Source of the DNA: a virus | Taxonomy: Duplodnaviria > Caudoviricetes | DNA length: 35,100 nucleotides | Reading direction: 5' to 3' (one strand) | Virus record (IMG/VR): IMGVR_UViG_3300033067_002491 | Coordinates: 1-35,100 of that record | In this document: positions 1 to 7,901 of the stretch, in pieces | Layout of the letters: every line of letters starts with the position of its first letter | Position numbering within the stretch: position 1 is the first letter of the stretch | Made by a program: the position numbers and the translations under genes | The notes under the pieces: model-generated | Databases searched by the model: none | Seen by the model: only the letters and a program-made list of their open reading frames with translations | Told to the model about the DNA's origin: nothing

Positions 1-40
1 GTCTTGGCGCCCGCGTGGAGCTGGGGCGCTGGGAGGACCC
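1..40 (-). other. Putative cos region (cosQ-like GGGTCCT at 40-34 followed by a cosN-like GC-rich sequence at the window edge)
   Basis: Minus strand reads GGGTCCT-N21-GGGCGCCAAGAC. Lambda has cosQ GGGTCCT a similar distance before GGGCGGCGACCT. It lies downstream of the Q-like gene, where terminase genes would follow. Confidence 0.4.
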
Positions 41-163
41 GGGCGGGTCGGTGGTGCGTTGGCTATGGGCGAGCGAGGGCTACTGACATCCGCGGGGCTC
101 GGTTGTGGTTTTCTTATGTCCCCGTGGACCCTGCCGCCGACACCCTCTAGGGGGTGAACGGAA

Positions 164-961
164 CTACTTCCTGCTCGCTGAGGTCGGCGTTGTACGCCTG
201 CTCATCTGGATTTGCAAGCCCCTCTTGTCGAGATCGTTGACGCGATCGAACGACGCATCGAGCCAGGCGAAGCGCTTCACCCAGTGCCGCTCGTAGACGT
301 GAGCGGGAACACCAAGGGCACGGATGCGCTCACCGTCCACGCCACGCCGACGGTGGCCCGTGCCTGCGCACGCATGGCACGGCCTCGGCTTGCCGGTGAC
401 GAACGCACGCCGCGTGCGCGTGCCGTGACCGTGGCACGGCTCGCATTGCCTGAGCACGCGCGCGCCGGTCTTGGTCTTGAACAGGCGCTGGCCCTCGCCC
501 TTGCACTCGGAGCATCGCACCCGCCGCTCGACGACGTTGTCGCGCTCCATGCCGAGCACCTGGCGGCCGTGGCAGACGTCGCAGGTGGGATAGAGCCACT
601 CGGCGAGGCCTTGGCGGGCGAAGCGGGTGACGATGTCGGCGCCGTCGCGGCTGAGCTTCCAGCGGCCGAACGCGCGCTGGGCGCGGATCCAGCGGGCGAG
701 CAGGTGCACGCCGCGCTCGCCGAGCGTGGTGTCGCCTCCGAACTTGAGCCGCAGCAGCACGGCGCCGAGCTCGGCGGACGGGTCGATAGAGGCGTGCTCG
801 CGCTCGCCGTGGCCTGCGCCGTCGGGGTTCGCCTGCAGCATGCCGAGCGCGGCGATCAGGTCGATCGGCATGTCGCGCTCGGCGTTCGGCGCGAGGTTCG
901 TGCTCTGCAACGCCGAGCCCAGCCGCTCGACGATCCCGGGTTTCTCTGCTGCCAGCGTCAT
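164..961 (-). CDS. Antitermination protein Q-like late regulator with DnaJ-type zinc finger (265 aa)
   Basis: Start re-picked at ATG 961 (MTLAAEK) with GGAGG RBS. Four CxxCxG motifs (CDVCHG, CSECKGEG, CEPCHGHG, CHACAGTG). Located after the replication gene. Confidence 0.7.
   Translation of the reverse strand: MTLAAEKPGIVERLGSALQSTNLAPNAERDMPIDLIAALGMLQANPDGAGHGEREHASIDPSAELGAVLLRLKFGGDTTLGERGVHLLARWIRAQRAFGRWKLSRDGADIVTRFARQGLAEWLYPTCDVCHGRQVLGMERDNVVERRVRCSECKGEGQRLFKTKTGARVLRQCEPCHGHGTRTRRAFVTGKPRPCHACAGTGHRRRGVDGERIRALGVPAHVYERHWVKRFAWLDASFDRVNDLDKRGLQIQMSRRTTPTSASRK
189..217 (-). promoter_or_regulatory. Possible late (pR'-like) sigma70 promoter
   Basis: TTGCAA-17 bp-TACAAC at the 3' end of the Q-like gene, pointing to the putative cos/late genes. 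Weak match to consensus. Confidence 0.25.
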
Positions 962-973
962 CGTGTCCTCCAG

Positions 974-1265
974 TTGTCCACAGCCCTCGCCACCCTCGCC
1001 ATGCCCTCGCCACCACCAAACCCTTGTTTCTTCTCTCGAAGCCGAGAGTGGCGAGAGTGGCGAGGGTCCGCGCGCGCGTGTACGCGCGTATGCGCGCGGG
1101 CCCGGGCCTGCGCGCCCGCGCGCCCGCCCGCACGCCCGCACGCACACTCGCGCGCGCCTGCACGAGGTGCCCTCGCCACCCTCGGCATTGTTCGTTGAAT
1201 CAAAGGGCTGGATTCGTTATCCACAGCCCTCGCCACCCTCGGACCTGCCCTCGCCACCGTCGCCA
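974..1265. repeat. Iteron-like 9-mer array (CCCTCGCCA) with two DnaA-box-like sites; putative replication origin
   Basis: CCCTCGCCA or near copies at 984, 993, 1004, 1170, 1179, 1227, 1236, 1248, 1257, and inverted copies at 1049 and 1058. TTGTCCACA at 974-982 and TTATCCACA at 1217-1225. Intergenic, directly after the primase-helicase stop. Confidence 0.75.
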
Positions 1266-3911
1266 TCAGACGGCCTCCTCGCGCTTGGATCGACCCGCGT
1301 GCTCTTCGAGCCGGTGCCCTGACTCGGCCGCGTAGTCGCGCAGCGCCTGGTGGAACTCGTCGATGCCGCGCAGCCTTCGCTGGCGCTCCGCACCGGGATC
1401 GGGCAGCGCGTCGCCCATGAGGAAGACGCGATGCTTCGGCAGCTTCTCCTCGTCGGCCACGGCCTCGATCGGCCGGGCCGGATGCGGCAGGCGCGCCTCC
1501 ACCCTGCGCACGCCGTTCATCGACATGAAGGCCGGCGTGAAGCGGTGCAGCGCCTCGGGCATCTTGTGGCCCTGGCGGGCGCACCAGATCGTGTACGCGC
1601 GATAGACGTCGAGCGTGAGCGCGGGCACGTACGGCAACGGCACGATGCCCTCCTTCAGCTCGCGCCAGAAGAGCTGCGACGGGTACATGCCGATCTCGAC
1701 GAGGTCGCGCTTCGCCTCGGTCTCGATCGGCTTGGTGTGCTCGGTGAAGTCGCCCAGCTCGAGCTCGAGGAGATAACGCATCAGCGCTCGCGCGCCGCCC
1801 GCCTTCAGCTCGGCGCCGATCTCGCGGTAGAAGCCCTCCGGCAGCGCGCGCGGCGTGCGGATCACCATGTAGCGCCGGTCCCCCGGCGAGATCTTCAGCG
1901 GCTGGAACTCGTTCGAGCAGAAGACCAGGTTGACGTGGTTCGACTCGTAGCGCTGGTCGACCATCTTGGGGTTGATGTACACCTCGTCCTCGGTGACGAG
2001 GTTCTTCAGTCGTCCGACGTGGTGCGACATCTCGGCGCGCGTGACGACCTCGTTGGCGATCAGGAAGAGCTTCGCGCTGAGCCAGGTGTTGTGCTTGTCC
2101 TCGAGCTCGGCCTGCGTGATCAGCGCGGCGTAGCGGCCGTAGATCGACTTCAGCGCGCCCCAGAAGAGGTTCTTGCCGGTGCCCTCCGGGCCGAACATGA
2201 CGACGGCGGTCTTCATCTTCGCGCCGACGTGCTGCAGCGGGTACGCCATCCACTTCAGCACCCAGTCCGAGATCGGGTAATGCTCGCCCTCGTGGTCCTC
2301 GCCGCAAAGGTAGCGCAGGAGCTTCAGCAGCTTCTCGCACGAGGCCTCGTTCGGCTTCATCTCGATGCCGCGGAAGAGGTTCACCGTGGTCTCGGGATCC
2401 GCCTCGCCGCGCGGGTCGAAGACCACCGAGGAAAGATCCACCGAGCGCCGCCGCGCAGACGCCAGCCATCGATTCACCACCCCGGCGCCGAACGTCAGGC
2501 GCATGTGCGCGATGCGCCAGAGCACGCCGCGCTCGGCGTCGTACGCGGTGTCGGAGCGCTCGATCAGCGTGAAGCGCTTCACCAGCCGGCCGTGCAGCTG
2601 CCAGTCCGGCTCGTCGCCGCCGCCCTTCCCGCCCGCGGGCGGAGCCCCTTCGGGCGCGTCGGCAGGCTGGCCGCCGGCGAGCGCGCGCGACAGTGCGTGC
2701 GCGTCCTCGATCGCCTTCAGCGCGTCGCCAAGCTGCGCCACCACCGGCTCGAGGCCCTCGGCGCAGTGCAGGTCGTTCCAGTCAGTGAGCCTCGCGGCTT
2801 CCGGATCCGTAGAGAGCACGCGCTCGGCGAACACCGGCCAGACGGCCCACGCGTTGCCCACCTGCCCCGCCGCCTCCCAGGCCTTGGCGCGGCCGGCGTT
2901 GGTGCACGTGAACGTGCGCAGCTTGTCGCCGACACGCACGCCAGCGGTGAGGAGCGGCGTGCCGCGCGAATCCTCCTGCAGGTCGGCGCGCACCACCACC
3001 GGCCCGGCGTCGCCGGCGAACGTGCGCTCGGCATCGAGGACCTTGTACAGCTCGCGCACGCCGTAGTCCGAGCGCAGGCGCTTGTTCAGCTGCGCCTCGA
3101 GATAGGCGTCGTCGTCGGCGAGGATCAGGATCGGCGAGCGCGGGTACAGCTCGCGCAGGATCCGCGCCACCGGCAGCAGGTTGCCGGCGGTGAAGGCGAC
3201 GAACGACGCGTACTGCCGCTCGAGCGCCTGGTGCGCCGAGAGCACCGTGGCGAGGCCTTCGCCGAGCAGCAGGATCTCGCCGTCCTTGGCCTTCGGCCCG
3301 AAGCGGCACGCGGTGCCGATCGGGTCCATGCCGCGGCTGAAGCGCTTCGAGCCATCGGGCGCGATCTTCTGCAGGCCGGCGAGGCGCCGCGGGCCGGTGT
3401 ACGCGGCGTCGGCCTCCTGGTCCTCGGTGACGTCGTAGCGCACCATCGGCACGTAGAGCGCGCCGTCGGGCCCGATGCGCAGGCCGTTCTCCCACTGCAG
3501 GCGCTTCCTCTGCAGGTACTCGCAGACGCCGCCTTCGGCGAGGCGCGCGCGGCCGCCCTGCCACTGCTGGCGCGCACGACCGCCGGCGAAGCGGGCGCGC
3601 GCCTCGCGCTTCTCGCGTTCGCGCGCGTCGTTCGCCGCCTGGGCGCGCTGCAGGCGCTGGTACTCGTCGGGCTCGATGCCCGTCCAGTCGGCCTGCACCT
3701 TGATCGCGCCGTTGTCGGTGCCGCGCCAGATGCCGAACGCGCCGACGATCACCCGCCGGCCGTTGCGGGCGAGGAACTCGTGCAGCACGTACCAGGCCTT
3801 CTTCTCGCGGCCGTAGCGATGCACGCGGCCGTCGACGCGCAGGTCGTGCCCCTCGATGCGCGGCATGTCCGCCGCGATCATCTGGGCGACAACCTGGTCG
3901 AGCGTCGCCAT
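1266..3911 (-). CDS. DNA primase-helicase fusion (TOPRIM + SF3/D5-like, DUF5906-type ATPase), 881 aa
   Basis: TOPRIM motifs GEGLAT and ILADDD, DWNDLH; Walker A GPEGTGKNLF; LIANEV Walker B-like; FCSNE sensor; DRRY. Confidence 0.9.
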   Translation of the reverse strand: MATLDQVVAQMIAADMPRIEGHDLRVDGRVHRYGREKKAWYVLHEFLARNGRRVIVGAFGIWRGTDNGAIKVQADWTGIEPDEYQRLQRAQAANDAREREKREARARFAGGRARQQWQGGRARLAEGGVCEYLQRKRLQWENGLRIGPDGALYVPMVRYDVTEDQEADAAYTGPRRLAGLQKIAPDGSKRFSRGMDPIGTACRFGPKAKDGEILLLGEGLATVLSAHQALERQYASFVAFTAGNLLPVARILRELYPRSPILILADDDAYLEAQLNKRLRSDYGVRELYKVLDAERTFAGDAGPVVVRADLQEDSRGTPLLTAGVRVGDKLRTFTCTNAGRAKAWEAAGQVGNAWAVWPVFAERVLSTDPEAARLTDWNDLHCAEGLEPVVAQLGDALKAIEDAHALSRALAGGQPADAPEGAPPAGGKGGGDEPDWQLHGRLVKRFTLIERSDTAYDAERGVLWRIAHMRLTFGAGVVNRWLASARRRSVDLSSVVFDPRGEADPETTVNLFRGIEMKPNEASCEKLLKLLRYLCGEDHEGEHYPISDWVLKWMAYPLQHVGAKMKTAVVMFGPEGTGKNLFWGALKSIYGRYAALITQAELEDKHNTWLSAKLFLIANEVVTRAEMSHHVGRLKNLVTEDEVYINPKMVDQRYESNHVNLVFCSNEFQPLKISPGDRRYMVIRTPRALPEGFYREIGAELKAGGARALMRYLLELELGDFTEHTKPIETEAKRDLVEIGMYPSQLFWRELKEGIVPLPYVPALTLDVYRAYTIWCARQGHKMPEALHRFTPAFMSMNGVRRVEARLPHPARPIEAVADEEKLPKHRVFLMGDALPDPGAERQRRLRGIDEFHQALRDYAAESGHRLEEHAGRSKREEAV

Positions 3912-4234
3912 CAGGCCGCCTCGCTTTCCATGGCGTGGTGGCGCGCGCGGATCTCGGCCGCCTTCCAGAGGCGCAGCACGTGGGTCTTCACCTCGTCGCG
4001 CCAGTCGTCCGGCACCGCGGCGAGCGCGTCCTGCCGGTCGGCCTTGCGCGGCATGTCGACGATGCGCGCCGCGATCGCGATCTTCGCCTCGTGCAGCACC
4101 CAGCGCCGCCAGCCGCCGGCCGGCACCTGCTCGAGCAGGGCGCGGCGATCGCCGGCGCTGTCAAGCGCGGCGATCTCGGCCGCCGCATGGGTGGGAGAGC
4201 GAAACCGGGCCGGAAGGCCGAGGTAGATCGACAC
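3911..4234 (-). CDS. Hypothetical phage protein (107 aa) with a short internal repeat
   Basis: GTG start re-picked at 4234. Stop overlaps the primase ATG (TGATG). Repeat RRALLEQVPAGGWRRWV / RQDALAAVPDDWRDEV. Confidence 0.65.
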   Translation of the reverse strand: MSIYLGLPARFRSPTHAAAEIAALDSAGDRRALLEQVPAGGWRRWVLHEAKIAIAARIVDMPRKADRQDALAAVPDDWRDEVKTHVLRLWKAAEIRARHHAMESEAA

Positions 4235-4238
4235 GCGT

Positions 4239-4484
4239 TCAGGCCCCGGGTTTTTTTCGTGGTCCCTCGGAGGGAACATTCGGGCCTGCCCCCGCCGGCG
4301 ACTCTTCTGCAAGCTGCCGGGCATGACCGTAGAGATGCATGGCCAGCACGTGGCGGACGTACTCGGAAGGCGCGCGATCCTCGGCGTAGGCGAGGCGCAT
4401 CAGCAGGTCGCGCATCGACTCCGGGAGCCTGATCTTCAGCTCCTCGGTGCACTTTTCGTGCTGGGCGGGCGTAGAGTTGGGCAT
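4239..4484 (-). CDS. Ribbon-helix-helix (Arc/CopG-like) regulator in the cII position
   Basis: ELKIRLPESMRDLLMRLAYAEDRAPSEYVRHVL fits the strand-helix-helix pattern. GAGAA RBS-like sequence upstream. Confidence 0.75.
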   Translation of the reverse strand: MPNSTPAQHEKCTEELKIRLPESMRDLLMRLAYAEDRAPSEYVRHVLAMHLYGHARQLAEESPAGAGPNVPSEGPRKKPGA

Positions 4485-4509
4485 CTTGTTGTTCTCGACG
4501 GAGGCCGGA

Positions 4510-4866
4510 ATGCGGGGATTACTGGTACTGGCAGCGGCTCTGGCCAGCGGGTGCGCGATGACGATCGAGGAGCTGCAACGCGATGGGTACCGCTACGAGC
4601 GGATCAGCGCGCAGCCTTCGCGCGCGGCGGCAAACTGCGTGGCGCAGAACATCGAGCGCCGGACGCCGGCGTGGCGTGCCAGCCTGCGCGAACTGGCCGA
4701 GGCCGGTCACTACCAGGTGCACTGGGTCGTGCGCGACGCCGGTGGCGTGCTCGCCGTGGCCAACGTGCTCCCGCGGCCGGGCGGCTCGTCGATCGAGTTG
4801 CGTACCTATCCCGGAGTGCGGGACGTGTACGACTCCCGAGCCGAGGAGTTCCTGGCAGGCTGCTGA
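4510..4866 (+). CDS. Lipoprotein of unknown function (118 aa)
   Basis: ATG 4510 preceded by GGAGG. MRGLLVLAAALASGC lipobox. Fills the gap between cro and the RHH gene. Confidence 0.75.
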   Translation: MRGLLVLAAALASGCAMTIEELQRDGYRYERISAQPSRAAANCVAQNIERRTPAWRASLRELAEAGHYQVHWVVRDAGGVLAVANVLPRPGGSSIELRTYPGVRDVYDSRAEEFLAGC

Positions 4867-4868
4867 CC

Positions 4869-5078
4869 TCAAGCCGCCCGCTCCCAGAGGTCGGGCCGAA
4901 GATCCGACCTCTTCACCGCCCCGCCGGACTCCCTCTCGATTGCGATCGCCAGCTCAGGGCTGGCACGGCGGTGGCCGCCGGAAACGAGATACAGGTAGCC
5001 CTCATGGCGCTCGACAGCGGCGGCAAGCTTTGCCCGCTGCTCGGGCTTCAGTGATCGCAGATATTCGGCAAGGGTCAT
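4869..5078 (-). CDS. cro: Cro-like HTH regulator (YdaS/CII-Cro family)
   Basis: 69 aa HTH, ASPELAIAIERESGGAVKRSDLRPDLW signature, divergent from the S24 repressor. Confidence 0.9.
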   Translation of the reverse strand: MTLAEYLRSLKPEQRAKLAAAVERHEGYLYLVSGGHRRASPELAIAIERESGGAVKRSDLRPDLWERAA

Positions 5079-5087
5079 GGAGCGCGA

Positions 5088-5143
5088 AACTTATCATGGA
5101 GATAACTCGCTTAGCAAGGAGAGCATTTATCCCATTGATAAAT
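5088..5143. promoter_or_regulatory. OR-like operators and PR-like promoter
   Basis: TTATC-ATGGA-GATAA (5091-5105) and ATTTATC-CCATT-GATAAAT (5125-5143). Minus strand TTGCTA-18-TAAGTT with extended TG, 9 nt upstream of the cro ATG. Confidence 0.8.
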
Positions 5144-5160
5144 CAACGTATCTTGGGGCG

Positions 5161-5844
5161 GTGGGAAAGCCGCAAACCTCCGCCGAAATTCGGTTATCCA
5201 ACCTTCGCCTTTTGATCGACGGCGCGGGCGGTCACGCTGCGACCGCGAAGATCCTGGACATGGACAGCTCTCAGCTGTCGCAGATCGCCGGCCGTAATCC
5301 GACCCGCGACATCGGCCCCGTTATTGCCCGTCGCGTGGAGGCAGCGTTCAAGCGCCCCGTCGGCTGGCTCGATGTCCCGCACTCGCAATTGCTTCTCGAG
5401 CAGGAAAATGCGCCGTACAACGTGCAGGACGGACCCGATCTGCGCGCCCAAGTGCCTTTGATCTCGTGGGTGCAGGCCGGGAATTGGGCTGACGTGATCG
5501 ACAACCTGCAGGCGGGCGACGCCGAGCGATGGATCCCCGTTAGCTCGAGGATGAGCCCTCATGCCTATGCGCTGCGAGTCGTCGGCGACTCGATGGTCAA
5601 TCCGAACGGCAACCCCAGCTTTCCACCAGACACCGTGATCGTCGTCGACCCAGAGCGCACCGCAAACCCAGGTCAGTTCGTCGTGGTGCGACAGAATCAC
5701 GACACGGAGTGCACGTTTAAGCAGCTCGTCAAGGACGCGGGCCGGTTCTATCTAAAGCCGCTGAATCCCCAGTACCCGACACTCGAGATGCGAGACGACG
5801 CCGTGGTCTGCGGAGTGCTGGTGCAGGCGATCATGGAGTTCTGA
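5161..5844 (+). CDS. cI: CI-like repressor, HTH + S24 (LexA-type) peptidase; start uncertain
   Basis: HTH (DSSQLSQI...IGPVIARRVE), VPLISWVQAG cleavage-site loop, LRVVGDSM catalytic Ser, TFKQL catalytic Lys, LKPLNPQYP. Confidence 0.93.
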   Translation: MGKPQTSAEIRLSNLRLLIDGAGGHAATAKILDMDSSQLSQIAGRNPTRDIGPVIARRVEAAFKRPVGWLDVPHSQLLLEQENAPYNVQDGPDLRAQVPLISWVQAGNWADVIDNLQAGDAERWIPVSSRMSPHAYALRVVGDSMVNPNGNPSFPPDTVIVVDPERTANPGQFVVVRQNHDTECTFKQLVKDAGRFYLKPLNPQYPTLEMRDDAVVCGVLVQAIMEF

Positions 5845-6338
5845 TGCGCATCGCCTCACTGATCGCCGCGGTCGCGTTTGCAACTCCAGCTATCGCGTCG
5901 GACTGGCGGCTTGTCGAGGCCATTGATTCGATGACCGACGCGCGAACGATGAGCGCGCAGACTGTCGCTGGCGGCTATGTGCTGGCGCTGTCCAAGCGAG
6001 CCGACGGCGCGGTCTGGTTGACCATCCATGTCCCACCACCGCCGCATCCCACGATGGCCGCCCGCGCTCCGATGCTGCGCGTTGATCGCCAAACAGCTAT
6101 CGACATTCAGGACTTCCCGGAATTCGGGCCCACCATGCAGCGCCAGCGGATCAACTTGCCACGCCTAAGCGCTTGGCGCCTGGGCGCAAATTTGCAGCTC
6201 GAGACCGGGATCCTTAACCAAATCGTCACTGGATCAGAGCTCCGTGTCCGGCTGTATCTCGACACAGGCGAAACCACTGAAGTGCTGTTTGACTTGCGGG
6301 GCGCTAGGGCGCCCGTGGAGGCATTGCTGAAGCCCTAA
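5844..6338 (+). CDS. Secreted/periplasmic protein co-transcribed with cI (164 aa)
   Basis: TGATG overlap with cI. Sec signal peptide MRIASLIAAVAFATPAIA-SDW. Visibly more A/T at third codon positions than neighbours. Confidence 0.75.
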   Translation: MRIASLIAAVAFATPAIASDWRLVEAIDSMTDARTMSAQTVAGGYVLALSKRADGAVWLTIHVPPPPHPTMAARAPMLRVDRQTAIDIQDFPEFGPTMQRQRINLPRLSAWRLGANLQLETGILNQIVTGSELRVRLYLDTGETTEVLFDLRGARAPVEALLKP

Positions 6339-6348
6339 AACGGCATGG

Positions 6349-6390
6349 TTATCACGGAGATTGACTTTTAATTTATCTTCATGATAAGTT
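6349..6390 (+). promoter_or_regulatory. OL-like operators and PL-like promoter of the early operon
   Basis: TTATC-ACGGA-GATTG (6349-6363), TTATC-TTCAT-GATAA (6373-6387). TTGACT (6361) -18- TAAGTT (6385) with extended TG. Confidence 0.8.
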
Positions 6391-6418
6391 GCCCCCCGTC
6401 CAATCGACGGAGGGCACC

Positions 6419-6637
6419 ATGGCCCGAGGCCAGAAGCACGACCCGAAGTACCTGCTCCAGGAGCCCCAGACCGGGCTGTACGTGAGCGGCGAACAGCCGC
6501 TCTTCATGGTCGGCGGCGCGCGACTTGCCACGCGCAAGGACGCCGCCGAGTACAGCACCCACGCCGACGCCGTGCTCGCCGCGCAGGATCTGCAGCGCGC
6601 CACGCAGCCGCTCGAGATCGTCCGGGCGGACGCATGA
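6419..6637 (+). CDS. Hypothetical early protein (72 aa)
   Basis: ATG 6419 with GGAGG RBS. First gene after PL. ATGA overlap with next gene. Confidence 0.75.
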   Translation: MARGQKHDPKYLLQEPQTGLYVSGEQPLFMVGGARLATRKDAAEYSTHADAVLAAQDLQRATQPLEIVRADA

Positions 6638-6981
6638 GCCGCCCGCACTTCCTGCGCGCCCCCGCCGCCCTGCCGCGCCGCGTACACGAGCGCCGCATGC
6701 TCCTCGGCCGGATCACCGACACGCTCGCGATCGTGGCGATCGTGCTGGCCGCGTTGTGGATCGGCAAGCACTACGTCGAATGGGCCGCCGCCGACCTCGC
6801 GCGCGATCAAGGCTTCGCGCTCCACCACCAGGCCGAGCAGTGCCCAATACCCACCGACGACGAGCGCACGGTGATCACCGTCACCCAGCGCGACGGCAAG
6901 CTCGAGGCACGGTGCCTCCTCGTCGGCAGCCGGCAGGCCTACCACCGCACGCCGAGCGGCATGCCCGAGGGGCGGCCCTGA
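6634..6981 (+). CDS. Hypothetical single-pass membrane protein (115 aa)
   Basis: LAIVAIVLAALWIG hydrophobic segment. Overlapping start and stop codons on both sides. Confidence 0.7.
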   Translation: MSRPHFLRAPAALPRRVHERRMLLGRITDTLAIVAIVLAALWIGKHYVEWAAADLARDQGFALHHQAEQCPIPTDDERTVITVTQRDGKLEARCLLVGSRQAYHRTPSGMPEGRP

Positions 6982-7283
6982 TGCGCCACGTCCGCACCTA
7001 CCCGCGCGGCACCGGCAAGGCCGCCTTCGAGGTCTACCACGACCACACCGCGCACGAGGGCCGCGGCACGCACCGCGTCGTGCTGGCCGGCAAGCGCATC
7101 GGCGCGCAGATCTCGTACCCGACCCTCGAAGACTGCGAGCGCATGCTCGGCACCAACGTCGCGCGCACCGCGATCTCGCTGACCGGCGAGGCCCAGCGGC
7201 GCCTCGAGCAGGCCCGCATCGGCCAGGCCCGCGGCGCGCGCACCATCAGCTTGAACGGTCGCCGCAAGTCGAGGGTCGCATGA
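6981..7283 (+). CDS. Hypothetical early protein (100 aa)
   Basis: Start re-picked at TGATG overlap (MRHVRTYPRG), GAGG RBS. Confidence 0.7.
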   Translation: MRHVRTYPRGTGKAAFEVYHDHTAHEGRGTHRVVLAGKRIGAQISYPTLEDCERMLGTNVARTAISLTGEAQRRLEQARIGQARGARTISLNGRRKSRVA

Positions 7284-7552
7284 GCGCCCAGCTGCCGCTC
7301 GTGCCCGCCCGCGCCACGCCGCTCACGCCGTGGGAGGAGGTCCGCGCAAAGCACCCCGGCGCGCCGCTCGCGCGCGTGATCCTGCTCGACAAGGGCATGC
7401 AGTTCTTCGTGCGCATCAACCCGTCGCGGCCGGGCATCGCGATGCTCGAGGACGCGACCTTCATCCACCCCAAGCCGGAAGACGAGGCCGCGCACCAGGC
7501 CATCATCCGCGCGTACGACGCGGCCTGGATCGCCCAGCGGGAGGCCGCTTGA
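7280..7552 (+). CDS. Hypothetical early protein (90 aa)
   Basis: ATGA overlap, GAGG RBS, GC3-rich codons. Confidence 0.7.
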   Translation: MSAQLPLVPARATPLTPWEEVRAKHPGAPLARVILLDKGMQFFVRINPSRPGIAMLEDATFIHPKPEDEAAHQAIIRAYDAAWIAQREAA

Positions 7553-7752
7553 TCGCCGCCGACACCGACGCGCCCGAGCTGCCGCTCGCGCACCCCGCCG
7601 ACCCCGAGGTCGAGCTGCGCGCCGCGTACGCGAGCGTGCCCCTGCGCCGCCGCGTACGCCGCAGCTTCGAGGAGGCGATGCGCAACCCGACCCTCGCCAC
7701 CTGCATCCGCAACCTGGCGCACGCGCGCCGAACGAAGGGAGCCCGCCGATGA
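7549..7752 (+). CDS. Hypothetical early protein (67 aa)
   Basis: TTG start in a TTGA overlap after GGGAGG. Ends in an ATGA overlap. Confidence 0.6.
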   Translation: MIAADTDAPELPLAHPADPEVELRAAYASVPLRRRVRRSFEEAMRNPTLATCIRNLAHARRTKGARR

Positions 7753-7901
7753 GCGACGAGCCTCGCACCGACAACCTGCACGACCTGTACGCGGCCATGG
7801 AACGCGACGCCGAGCGCAGCCTGATGCGCTTCTGCGCCGGCGTCACCGTCGGCATCGCGATCGGCGCGGCGATGTTCCTGCTCGGGCAGTGGCTGGCATG
7901 A
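7749..7901 (+). CDS. Small membrane protein (50 aa), absent from the ORF track
   Basis: MSDEPRTDNLHDLYAAMERDAERSLMRFCAGVTVGIAIGAAMFLLGQWLA. GGGAG RBS, ATGA overlaps at both ends. Confidence 0.7.
   Translation: MSDEPRTDNLHDLYAAMERDAERSLMRFCAGVTVGIAIGAAMFLLGQWLA

Noticed and set aside
962-1147. N-terminal extension of the Q-like ORF given in the track
   Set aside because: It translates the repeat region into Arg/Ala/Gly noise. A strong GGAGG-ATG start exists at 961.
974-1265. Repeat cluster as a CRISPR array
   Set aside because: Units are 9 bp, irregularly spaced and in both orientations, with no unique spacers and no cas genes.
1350-4226. 958-aa + strand ORF and other long antisense ORFs (for example 20390-23137, 29665-31860, 31598-33469)
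   Set aside because: Shadow frames of real genes in very GC-rich DNA. They have no motifs, and the opposite strand carries clear family signatures.
3911-7552. C-terminal EAA/RAA ends of several small proteins as a shared degron programme
   Set aside because: Mostly explained by the next gene's RBS (GAGGCCGC/GAGGCGGC) overlapping the stop. Only the integrase LAA lacks that explanation and was kept as a finding.
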